Below, piece by piece: positions 1-11,490 of a DNA stretch of 64,000 nucleotides; the stretch's first letter is position 1; every line of letters starts with the position of its first letter. Source of the stretch: Lama glama (lineage: Eukaryota); NCBI GenBank assembly GCA_028534125.1, contig CM052816.1, positions 72,418,001 through 72,482,000 on the forward strand. The letters are read 5' to 3'. The position numbers and the translations under genes are program-made. The notes under the pieces were generated by a model. The model made no database searches. It worked only from the letters and a program-made list of their open reading frames with translations, and was not told the origin of the DNA.

Positions 1-432
1 AGGCCTCGAGCCGGGATGACAGCCTCTCAGATGGCTCTGAGGCTCCGAAGAGGTAGGGGAGGAGCTAGGATATATAGGAGCTTTACAACAAAGACCAGGT
101 AGTTGGAACAATAAAAGATTACTTGTTATCTAAAGAGAATCAGGCATCTCAAGTTAAAGAATTTAGTGCTTTTCTATGTATGGGAGGAAGAAAACATTTG
201 GGCTCACTGAATTCATCCCTTTGACAAGCACCTAACTATCTAGGGCCAGCATCCTGTCCTTTCTTATTCTGAGTCCGCTCAGAGTGCACCATTGTAAGTA
301 GCTGCAGGGGCTGGGCTGCAGGCCTGTCCCCACTGGGGGGTGGCGGCAGCCGCTGATGACTTGGTTTCAGCGTTCTTTGTTTACTGATATGATTGCAGTA
401 TTTTCACTCACATTGCAATATTTTTGTTCACA
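1..432 (-). mobile_element. ERV1-class LTR (MER41-like, artiodactyl type), cut by the window edge
   Basis: Minus strand begins TGTGAACAAAAAT...CATATCAGTAAACAAAGAAC...CATCAGCGGCTGCC, resembling artiodactyl MER41-like LTR 5' ends. It is GC-richer than the flank, retains CpGs and abuts L1 sequence at 433. Confidence 0.7.
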
Positions 433-1879
433 ACATCATAGTCAAGACTGTGCCATATTAGAGGAGGAACAGACCCAAAGATCTATGGAACTGAATAGAA
501 AATCCAGAGATGAACCCTTAAAATGATTACCCACTGATTTTTGACAAAGGTGCAAAGACTATTAAATGGAAGAAGGCTAGTATTTTCAACAAATGGAGTT
601 GGAATAATTGCATATCTATGGGCAAAAATAAAAAACAACTTTGATCTAAACCACACCTTTTACCAAAGAATAGATCCTAGATTCAAGTGCAAAAAGTAAA
701 ATTATAAAACTTTTAGAAAATAACATATGAGAAAATCTTTGGACCTAAGGTATGTTGAAGAATTTTTAAGTATGGCACCAAAAGCATATTTCCCTTAAAA
801 AAAATCAAATTTATCCAAAAAAATCAGAAACTTGTGCTCTCTGAGAGATCTAAAAGGATGAAAATACAAACTACACATTGGGAAAAACATTTGCATACTA
901 CACATCTGGCAAAGGACTCATATCTCTAACATATAACTAACTCTCAAAACTCAACTATAAAAAGACAAAAATGTGCTTTGAAAATGGGCAAAAAGGTTCA
1001 TTTCATTGAAAAGAATATATGGGTGGCAAATAAGAATATAGAAGATGTTTGGACAAATTATGACCACTATGAAGTATCACTACACACCTATCAGAAAAAT
1101 TTTAAAAAAATAGTGACAACACCAATTACTAGTGAGTAAGTGGAAGAAATGGATCACTCATATATTGCTTGTGTGGATGTATAATGTTGCAGCCACTTTG
1201 GGTAATAGTTTGGCAGTTTCTTAGAAAACTATACTTGTACTTATCATACAACTCAGCAATTGCACTATTTGGCATTTGCCCCAGAAAAAAACAGAAAACA
1301 AAAAACTATGCCCACACAAAGACATGAACACAGTTATTCAAATGGCTTTATTTGCAATAACAAAAAACTGGAAATAATCAAAAAGTATGCACCATGGATG
1401 CTACTCAGCAGTAAAAAGCAATAAATTACTGAAACATAAAACTTGGATGAATCTCTGAAATACTATGTTAAGTGAAAAAGCCAATCTCAAAAGGCCACAT
1501 CTTGTTTAATTTCATATATATATATTTTTTGAAATAACAAGATTATATATTATATGGAAAAGAGATTAGCTGTTGCCAGTGGGTAGAGACAGTGGAATGA
1601 GATGGATGTGATTATAAAGGGATAGTACAAGAGAGTACTTTGTGGTGAAAGCATAGCTTTATATCTTGGTAATGGTTGTGGTTACATGAATCTGTACATG
1701 TGACAAAAAGATTTATAATTATATACACGTTTCCAGTGTCAAAATCCTGGGTTTGATATTGTGCTATAATTATGTAAGATGTAACCATTGGGGAAAACTG
1801 GATGAAAGGTACAAAAGACTTCTCTGCACTACCTTTTCAACTTCCCATGAATTTTTTCAAAACAAAAAATGTTTAAAAT
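433..1879 (+). mobile_element. Old L1 (L1MC-like) ORF2 3' end plus 3' UTR
   Basis: Degenerate ORF2 motifs (ctgatttttgacaaaggtgcaaag; ttttcaacaaatgg; tttggcagtttctta). L1MC-type tail gtaagatgtaaccattggggaaaactggatgaaaggtaca followed by an A-rich end. Confidence 0.85.
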
Positions 1880-1915
1880 ATATAATGGATTCAATATCCC
1901 ACTTACAGTAGTAAC

Positions 1916-2397
1916 TGTACTAAGTAGCGTTCTTCAGAGAAATAAAACCAATAGATTATCTATATCTAAATCTATATTTGTGTCAAATCTACTCATCTAT
2001 ATATCTCCATGTGGAGAGATTTATAATAAGAGATTGATTTATGTAATAATGAAGGCTGATAAGTTCAGAATTTGCAAAATGGCTTTTTCAGTTCCAGTTT
2101 GAAGACTGGAAGCTGCTGAAGAAAGCAAGAAGAAGTGATGTCCCAGTTCAGAAGTCATCAAGGAGGAAAAATTCTCTTACTCAGGGGAGGGTCAGCCTAC
2201 TGTTCTATTTAGGCTTTTAACTGATTGGATGAGGCCTACCCACATTGTGGGGGGCAATCTGCTGTATTCAGTCTATTGCTCTAAATGTTAATCTCATACA
2301 AAACCCCTTCATAGAAATACCCAGAATAATGTTTGAGGAATAAATATCTGAGCACCCTGTGGCCCAGTCAAGTTGACACATAAAATTAACCTTCACA
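1916..2397 (-). mobile_element. MLT2 (ERVL) solo LTR
   Basis: Minus strand starts TGTGAAGGTTAATTTTATGTGTCAACTTGACTGGGCCAC, the typical MLT2 5' end. TG...CA termini. Near TSD GTAAC (1911-1915) / GCAAC (2398-2402). Confidence 0.9.
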
Positions 2398-2984
2398 GCA
2401 ACCTAGCCAAATATTGAGGAATTAAAAGAATAAGGTGTAACCATAAAGTAATGCGTTTGATTTAATCCCCAATTTAGCATGTCTTCTTTTGATACGATAT
2501 TTTAGGCCAAGAATATTGTGAATCATTTTTTTTAAGTTCTGCTTTTGGAATTATCATTCACTGGTAGTAAATATTTTTGGCTATTCTGAGCGTAGCAGAG
2601 CTTAATCCACCGAGAATGGATGTTACTTTTTGAAATAATAAAATTCATTCCAAGTAAATTTTGGTGAATACAGTAGTTTAAGTAAGCTACATCATGTCAT
2701 TTATTTTAAAAAGCAAATATGTGTTTAAATTAGTCTAACTTGTTTCTTTGTATAGCAAATAAAATCCTCATAAAACAAGATCCCCCAAAATTAAGGAATA
2801 TTTTGTGTAATAGCAAAATCAACAGAATAAGTATGTTTTCCACATACCAATATGAAAGAGCAGGAATCTTTAAGTTTTTTAAATCCTTAGGTATTTGTTA
2901 AAAATCAGACTCATTTTATGTTACAGCCATATATTATATTTCATACGCTTTAAAGTCTTAAAAATGATCTTCAATACTGTCAAG

Positions 2985-3090
2985 TCCAACTCGTCGTAAA
3001 ATTGAGAACACTGAGGCTTAGAGAAGTTAAAATGACTTGTCCAAGGTCATGTAGCTAGTTAGTGGCAGAAGGAAAACTAGAATCCAGGTG
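2985..3090 (-). mobile_element. MIR SINE fragment
   Basis: Core actgaggcttagagaagttaaaatgacttgtccaaggtcatgtagctagttagtggcaga. Confidence 0.85.
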
Positions 3091-3989
3091 GCTGGAAATT
3101 TTTTCAATAATAAACTGGAAAATAGAACATTAAGAACTACACTGTCACTTTCTTTTTCAGTGTACTGTTAAAAAATGTTTTCACTTTATCTTTTAAATAG
3201 AAGTAAGATTGCAGGTTTTTTGTAGTATGATTTTGGAAGAGTGAATAGAAAAGAGGAGCTGTTTTTTAACCATGCTGTTCTTATTAAAGGAAAACAATTT
3301 TTATCTTAGCTCCTTTCATTTAAGAATTTTAAAATTAGGTATTATTTTATTATGTTTCTCCTCTTTTCAAAAGGAAAGCTAGAATACAAAATTGAATGAT
3401 GTCCTCTAGTATTGTGGAAGTGGATTTTTACTTCAAATTGAAGTAATTAATTTTTTCTGTAACTTTTCATTGCTAATCTTTCCTTTTCTTTACTTTTATT
3501 ATTATTACTTTTAAGGTTGGGATAGATAAATTCATACACTAATGTTGAATTGTAGAAAGAAATTTAAATAGAAATTTTATATAATTATTTGTATAACCCA
3601 AGTCAATGTGCGCTACTCTGTTAGAAGCAACTAATCAAGACCAACAGACATTTCTATTTGGTTTTACCCTGAATTGAGGAGAAAATAACACCTCTTTTCC
3701 ATTTCACTTAGGAATCTATTGTTTCCATTTAGAAAATTCATTGAACACACTGAAGTTTATATAAATGTAACTTTAAAAATCTTTATCTTTTTCCAACACT
3801 AAGGAAAGGGAACTCTCTCTTATTAAGGAGAATTCTGAATCTGTTCAATTCCCAGGCTGTTTGGGGGCAGAAGTAGCATTATAGATGAGAGATAAACAGA
3901 GAAGCACCTAGAAAGCTGGACTGATTTGCTTTGGAAAAGACATCGAACTGCAGGTGGAAGAGAAGAAGGTAGATTTGTAGCCCATTTGC

Positions 3990-4410
3990 ATTCTTTTCAT
4001 ATACTCTTGGATCCTTTTTATTATTTTTGTGCTCCTATCTCCTACCGTGTCTTCACACCAGACCCTGGGGCTCTATGGAGGATTACCCTCAGACTGATTT
4101 TGCTTATGCACTTGAAGGACAGAAGTGCCTGGGAATTAACACCCCCTCCCCACCTTAGCCTTTAACCAACAACAGTGCAGCCTATAAATACTCCAACTTT
4201 CTTGCCCTAGACTGACACTACACGCAGAGCTCTCTGTGGGATTAAACCAAATTGCCTCTCCATGAAACTGTAACTGAGATTGCTCCCTTCCTTGGACTCC
4301 TTCCCTTCCCAGAATGATTTTCACACTCCCATGTTGAGAATCTTTTCTAATAAGTTATTTTCATGTGAATCTTTAACTCAGAATCTCTTTCTGAAGACTC
4401 TGACCTAGTG
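3990..4410 (+). mobile_element. Old ERVL-class LTR (LTR16-like)
   Basis: cctataaatactccaact TATA region. 3' end taataagttattttcatgtgaatc...ctcagaatctctttctgaagactctgacctag resembles LTR16-family ends. Confidence 0.6.
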
Positions 4411-4581
4411 GGAAGCGACAGATCACAAAGACAAATTTTGCAATAGGTTGAGCTAGGGAATGGAGGAATTTGGAATGAAGAGAGACTAGAGAAGGTGAGG
4501 GTGCTTCTGGGAGTGAAAGAGCTCTATTTGTAGAGGAAAAGATTTGACGAATTTTATTGTATCTTATGAATGGAATCCTAC

Positions 4582-4670
4582 TGTCTTAGATTGAGTTTCC
4601 TGAAGACAGACTCTGAGATGGACTCTTGCATGTAGAGTTATTGGGGAGCGCTCTTGGGTAGTACACCTGT
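4582..4670 (-). mobile_element. ERVL-class LTR 3' fragment (LTR16-like)
   Basis: tgtcttagattgagtttcctgaagacagactctgagatgg...ttattggggagcgctcttggg is a reverse LTR16-type end. Confidence 0.6.
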
Positions 4671-5749
4671 GTTGTTTTTGCTTTTTCTGAACTGATATTT
4701 CTTTTGAGTGCAGTACTATAATGAAGGGAGCTGCTGTGTAATCTAGCTTTTTGTGGTTTAATAAAAAATCCTGTCTTTGTATATATCAAAGATAAACAAT
4801 AGTGAGTTTCAAATAAATATTTTTTCTCAATCAACAGAAGCTGAAAAAAATGCAACAAAAACAGATATTGCAAGAATATTTTTATGCACATGTACATATT
4901 AACAACAATGTTGGACTATATATAATTATTGCCTATAAATCTTGAGTAATAGAAAATAATAGATTAATTCTGAAGAAGAGATGTATCTTAGTCAAGCTAT
5001 AAACTTAAGAAAATGTATACAACTTATTCAGGCTTGTTCTGGTAGTTGAGTCCTATAAGAATGTGCATTTAGCAAACTTCAGAGAAAACTGTTACAATGC
5101 AGTATGATGCTACCCTCAGCAGCAGTTGATTGTTTTAAGTTAAACACTGGTCTTAAACTGAATCAAACACAATGGACTGTCTTTTAGCCACATTTGATTG
5201 GTCCATGATTAAGCATCTGGTCCAAATTTGACTAGTGTGACTTTTCTGCAAAGTATTTGGACTTGGGATTTGTTGTGTAAGATGTCTCAATGTGTGGCTG
5301 ACGTAAAAACAAAACACCTTTGAGCTGTGTGACTTTGTTTTCTACCCTGAGGAAGATGGAAAATAATCTAATCTGAAGGAGTGAACAGTGTGAAACACAC
5401 ATGAAGAAGGAAGCAGAACCTTTCCTCAGAAGAAAATAGAACCTCTCTGGGACTGAGTTCCCTGGTTCCATTTATTCCCAAGGCCAAGATGTAAACCTGC
5501 ATTTGAGATGGCCTAAGTGTTGGGCTCATCCTTAGAGGCGGGAAGTGACTTTATTTAAAGTCTTTGTATGTTTCGGAAAGATATATATCTGAAATGACCT
5601 CAATCAGTGCTAGATTTAAATCAATATAAGATAGGTTTTAAAAAGGCAGTGAAGAAATTGAACATAGATTTAATAATTATCCAGGGAGGAGGATCTTATA
5701 ACTGCAGAGTCAAATGCCATTTTTATGAATTTTTCAAAAAGACTACATA

Positions 5750-6065
5750 AAAGGCAATGCAATTATTATCTACTTGTAAAATCCAAAAGAAGATAAGCGT
5801 GAATTAGTATGAATTAAAGAATCTGTGAGTTTTCTGTATACAAAATAAATATTCAAAAGCAACTGTTTTGTGATAAACAGTTAAAAAATGAAATGTAATG
5901 AAAATCAGATATTATTTTAAATGTATGATTAGATGAACACGATAAAATTATAAAATTTTACTGAACATTGAAAACACCGAAATAAACATACCATATAAAT
6001 GCATTAAAAGTATCAATATCAAAAATATGAAAATTTCTTCTATACAGCTCTAAGATTCAGTGAAA
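5750..6065 (+). mobile_element. Highly diverged L1 ORF2 fragment
   Basis: A-rich motifs: atctacttgtaaaatccaaaaga; tacaaaataaatattcaaaagcaactg; aattataaaattttactgaa. Confidence 0.5.
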
Positions 6066-7399
6066 ACAGTTTGTTTTATTTTTGGCAAGACAGTGATGTG
6101 GAAAGAGCATAAGAAAGAATTGCATACAATTATTTAATTAAATTGAAAGCGGGCAAGTATTTTGAAATTTGAAGTTAAATATGTATATGTAAATATATTA
6201 AAATAGATGTTTACCAATTTCATCTATACTCTAAATATTTACACATTAAAATTGAACAAAAATTAATTTTGGGGGAATAGGAAATCACTTTGTATTTGTA
6301 ACTGCTTTATATTTAGTCATATGCTGGTGAAGTAAGTTTTTTGTTTGTTTTTTTCTAAGAGCAGTGTAGTTCCAATTTATTTTTTTCTGGCTAGGTATTT
6401 TAAGGGTTAAAATTCTCTGATTAAATACCTTAGCTAGAATGTGGGTTGTGTTTCCCTCCTCCTGACTTGATTTTCTCTGTCCTTCCCAGACCTCTGTGTT
6501 TTCTCTCTGCCAAGACCTCCTCCCACCTGTCAGATCCACTACATGTGATGATTAGCTAGTCCCTGGCTTTTCTGTAGTGGGTGAGGTCTCTCCTATGAGG
6601 GTGTCACAAACCTTCTCCTTTTACCAACTCCTTTGGCATATCATCCATTTTTAGCTTCTTTACTAATGTTTAACCACTCCTTTTCCTTTCTCTCCTTAAA
6701 GATCTTTTTCCTGGTATTTTATTTTTACCTTTGGGTTGCATAATGAATCTTATTCCCCGCCCTTTGGTTCTAAAACTGGGTATCAAAATCTAACATGAGT
6801 TATACCAGGCTGAGGGACTTGGTTTCCCTCCCTGCTTTCTGTGTCTACCTTATTGGAGGAAGAGGTTTTCTCATAAGCAAATCTGAAATTTATAAACAAT
6901 CAAACAAAAGACTCATTCAATCCTTCATCACCTAGTTTCTCCCAAAATTTTACAAATTGTAGCTACTTAAATTTGCTTAAGTAACATGTTTGTATGTTTT
7001 GTTGGTTTATTTTATTATTTTTTACACTTTCTCTAATTCATTCCCAGTATTAATTCCAGTGCTATCCTCCCATTATTTTGTAAACTTCTTAAGACAAGGG
7101 GTGATTTCTTTTCTTAATTTTGTTTATTTACTGAGATTGAAAATGGAGTATGAAGAGTATTTCAAGTTAAATAAAAGTTAACTGTTTTGAGAAAGTAAAT
7201 ATCATTAGTTTCAAATTATTAATTTCAGTGGAGTAGAAATTTTATCTCAATGGGGAAGCAATAAGTCTCAAACAATGCAGAGTACATGCATATACATTTT
7301 TCTTTGAGCTCTTAACACTAGAAATTCATGACATATTTAATAGTAATAATAATAATAGCAATAGTAGATGTAATTAGTTATTCTAGGTATTTAAATACA

Positions 7400-7555
7400 T
7401 CATGCTTTTCTCACAATAATTTTATGAGGAAAGATTTATTCATATAAGAGAAAGCTGAAGCACAGACGAGCTGAATAAGTTGACCAGTCATCTAACTATT
7501 AAGTGGTAAAGTTGTGAATTGAATCTTGGCATATTTAATGTCAAAACCTATCTCT
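7400..7555 (-). mobile_element. MIR fragment
   Basis: ctcacaataattttatgagg...gaaagctgaagcacaga...taagtggtaaagttgtgaattgaatc. Confidence 0.6.
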
Positions 7556-8224
7556 TAAGTAAATTAAAAAATCTGTGCAGGTTTGCTTCAGCATGATTTG
7601 AAAAATTGTTCACCTTCTCTGTTCTATTTCTCTGCTTAGGAATCTTTCTTAAGGTTTCTGTATAGGTCAGCACTGCATTTTACACTGAGTAAATACCAGC
7701 CCAAACCATTCTCCCTAAACATGAAAGGTTCAAGTTTAGTTTTCAGCATATAATAGATGCTTATTAAATGATAACTTATTTATATTAATCCCAGGGGAAT
7801 AGCAATTGTTCACTTTAAATGTTCCTAATTAGGGTGTAGATGTTGTGGTATAGGTGATTAATATGATTACATGTAGTGAATGTCTAAGTTAGAAAATATT
7901 GTGATCAATTATGTTAGCACAAATTTTATTTCCAAATTTCTAGATATTAGGAAATAAATTTTGTAATTTTTTGTTTTTAAATGTACTGTCATAAGCTTTT
8001 TTGGAAACTATACAAGTCCTCTCTCATATCTAGATTTTCTGTTAATTTGTAGTTTTTTGATATGGTTTCTATAAAGATAATTTTGCTTTATTTTTCTTGA
8101 TTTATTTCTCAAAAATATTGCCTTTTTTATCTTAATCTTGTTTTATTGGTCAGTCTTCTATTTTATTATGTTGTTTGTATTTTTTTCTATTTTTCTTGAC
8201 TTCACCATATTTTTTAAAGAAAAC

Positions 8225-8385
8225 ATTTAAACATTAATGAAAATACTGATAAATTTTATTACACTAAATCTAGAATTATGTTCATCAAAAGGCATCATGA
8301 AATGGATGTTTTCATCATGGATGAAAACAAGCAGAAACCTGGGAGAAGATATTTGCAACACATAAAATTGACAAGAATTATTAAC
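8225..8385 (+). mobile_element. Old L1 (L1ME-like) fragment
   Basis: actgataaattttattacactaaa...tgttcatcaaaagg...ctgggagaagatatttgcaacacata. Confidence 0.65.
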
Positions 8386-8736
8386 AGTTTGCCAGTTTTA
8401 AATTTCAACGAGTGAGATGATTGTTGCTATATATCTGATAACTACTTGGTAACAAACTAAAATGTGTTGTAGTAATTGTAGAGGATATATTTTTAAGTTA
8501 AACAAGAGACACATGCATTGAAACATAGAATGAAAGTGGTAACCAATGATACAGATTTCACTGAAGATACAGATTTAAATCTGACAAATAAAGATGGGTG
8601 AAGTTGTCTTGGAATATTTAACCATGAAATATGGGCAGTAGGGTTGCTCACTGCTATTGGTTTGGTCATTATTTATTCTGGAATAGCATTAATGTCAAAA
8701 AACTTGGTTGTAATTTAATCTTTCCATTTGAAGTCA

Positions 8737-9102
8737 CCTTGCAGAATATTTGGTCCTATTGAAAATGTTCATAAGACATTTGTTCCACTCCAAAATATCC
8801 TTGAAATTTGGTCCTATCCAAAATGATTATGAGCATATTTGGTCCATGCCAAATGGTTTTGGATAGGACCAAATATCAAGGACCTTTTGACATGGACCAA
8901 ATATGTCCATAGATATTTTAGACAGAACCAAATATGACCAAATTTCAAGGACATTGCATTGTGGACCAGATGTCTAATGGACATTATTTTGTACAGGACC
9001 AAATGTTCTTGTAAATATTAAGGACCTTTTGGCATGCACCAAAAATATCTTATGGACTAAATGTCTTATGGTTGTTTTGAACAGCCCAAATATCTGCTAA
9101 CC
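8737..9102. repeat. Foldback / MITE-like element made of inverted arrays of a ~29-bp GGACCAAAT-containing subrepeat
   Basis: ATTTGGTCC-type copies at 8748, 8778, 8806 and 8837 switch to about nine GGACCAAAT-type copies from 8866 to 9091. A 26-bp stem 8798-8823/8857-8882 has 1 mismatch. Imperfect terminal inverted repeats GCAGA(A)TATTTGG...CATAAGACATTT. Confidence 0.8.
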
Positions 9103-9279
9103 ATGTCTTTATAAATCACTTCAGTATGGTGTTTGTTTCTCCGGGGATCATCATCTCAGTAACTCAATGTACTCTTTTCATATGTAGTTAATTTTTATTT
9201 TTAAATTTTATGATCTGGAGCTACATATTGAAAGAAAGAGCACAACATTTTTCTGAGAAGCTCACACTGACCAAAGATG

Positions 9280-10340
9280 GGTTTCTTTTTCAGAGATTCC
9301 AATTATCTGTATGTTGGATATTCTTTGTCTATTTGATATTTCATTGTTTTCCTTGAGTTATTTCTTTTGTTTTTAATCTTTTGTTTCTTAAGGCATAATG
9401 TGTTATTTTTATAGTCTTGTATTCCTTCAAGTTTAGTCTTCATTATGAAATAAGTATTTTTCTTTTATTTCTTTTGCTTTTCTGAGTTCTGTGATGTCAT
9501 TTTTTAGTGTTTCTATTTCTATTTTTTATTTTTTCATGTCTTGAATTAATATGATTAATGTATTTTAGTTTGCTTTAAAATAGGATATTACTGTTTCATC
9601 TCTTCTATAAGATGTCTAGCTGACATTTTAGAGATATTATTCTGCTCCTTTTTCTATTTTTTCTTTGTTTGGGGTTTGACCTCAATAGTTCCCTCTTGTT
9701 CCTGTTTAATGGGAAATTAGTTTTCCTTAAATTTTTGAAGGAGATGTGTTTCAAAGTAGCTTTTATAAGTTCACAACTCCTGCTTCTGTGATTTTCCTGT
9801 TGTGTTAAAATTAGAATGTTTACTCTGAGCTCTTCTGCCTCTGTCAGCCTGCCTCCACTTTTATCTGGTTTTTCTTTTTTCTTCATTTCTATTGAAACCT
9901 ATCTACTCAATTTTGATTCTACTCAGAGTTGTTACCCCTTGGTGTGAGGCTGTATGCAAGAAGGAAATCTTGCCAGGTCAGTTTAGCAGGTTTATAGGGG
10001 ATGGACTGCACTTACCACCATATTCCTGCTGTAGACCGCTAGAACTCATCTGCTGTTGGGATGTGCAAAATCTCTTCCAATGTCAGCTGCTATTCTCCCA
10101 TTTTCTGGCCTTTCCAGTGAATATCTGTTGACTGTTTTGGGATTTGGAGAGATTCAGGGACTATGACACGATTACCATTATCTCCCCAGAATCTCCTTGA
10201 CTTACATTTAAACTACAATTCAATGAGTATTTATTTGTATTTTTCCTACTTTGTAGACTTCAAGAGATTTATCATATATTTATTGACTTTTTTTTCAATG
10301 CCCCTGTACTTAAATTTTGTCTGGGAGCTACTATCATCTC
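9280..10340 (-). mobile_element. Old L1/HAL1-like 5'/ORF1 region, highly diverged
   Basis: T-rich strand with ttcagagattccaattatctgtatgttggatattcttt, typical of antisense old L1 ORF1. Confidence 0.5.
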
Positions 10341-11369
10341 TCAAGCATGTCCTAGTGAGACACTACCATTCTACCAGTCCTCTAAGCCCTGACTGAATTT
10401 TAAGATGGATGTAGTTTTATTTCCATTTGAGACTTTAGTTATATAACATTTGATATTTTTATAGCATTTATGTAGTAGCTGGACCTCTTAACTCAGAAAA
10501 GCATGATTCAATATCTTTCAATAACTGCATGAAATTTCTATTTTTAAAACTTTATTTAATTTCTACAATTTTGATAGCAGACAATTGACCTTAATTCAAG
10601 ACTTCCCTTTTACCCAAGTTTGTTTATAAGTCCTTAAGAGATAATCTTAAGGCATTAGATGTTATCTGGACCTTGGAGACATCATCAATCAATAATGTAA
10701 TCCATTGAAGTATCTTCATTCCCATATGGTCTTGTCTCAATAGGGTATGCAAGATCAGTGCTCTCTCTCTTTCAGTTTTCTTCTTGACAATCCTAGAAAC
10801 TTCACAGTGAATCAAGCTTATGATTTCACTGACAATTGTTTGGCCACTTATTTCTCATTGGTGACACGTAGCTGAAAGACTGGGAAGGTGGTGCTTTTTT
10901 TCTTTTCTCTTTGGCTGGAGATGTCCCACCATTCCAAACAAATATGGATTCGATTAATAGGGAATAAGGGAATATTTACTAGCAATTTATTGTTCTGTTA
11001 TCTCATTTATTATATGAGAAAACTGTATCATAGAAAATTTAAGTAACTTCTCAGACATTCCCAACTCCCAGAAAGAATAAAGCTGGAAATTATTTCTAAT
11101 GTCCAAACAGTTGGTTCTCACTTCTATACCAGTATAAATAGGCAGGATTTAATTTTGATGACTTTTTCTCCTTCCTCTTTACAGTTTTCTTACCTATCCG
11201 GAACCCAATTGCTTTAAGGCTACCTTTCCTGTTAGAAATAATTTATTAAAGTTATCAAGTTAGAAATAATTTTATTAAAAAATTATATTTTTAGTACTTA
11301 AAGTTTTAAAATGATTTCATATATTCTAGTTTGCCTCTTATGTAGATCTATCCATTAGGAGGGTAAAAG

Positions 11370-11490
11370 AGGTGCTATTCCCATCATTTAGGTTAAGAAA
11401 TCAGGATTACATTTATAAGTGATTTGTCCAGCAGTATGCAACTAGGTACTGGTGGATACAGGACTCAAATTCATAGCCTCTGATTGCTAT
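11370..11490 (-). mobile_element. MIR fragment
   Basis: tattcccatcatttaggttaagaaatcagg...taagtgatttgtccagc...caggactcaaattc. Confidence 0.6.

Noticed and set aside
6300..6340. 15-nt plus-strand microexon TCATATGCTGGTGAA|GTAAGT
   Set aside because: Mediocre acceptor and no supporting neighbouring exons.
8737..9102. CRISPR-like array
   Set aside because: Eukaryotic context, degenerate repeats, an orientation switch and no unique spacers or cas genes.
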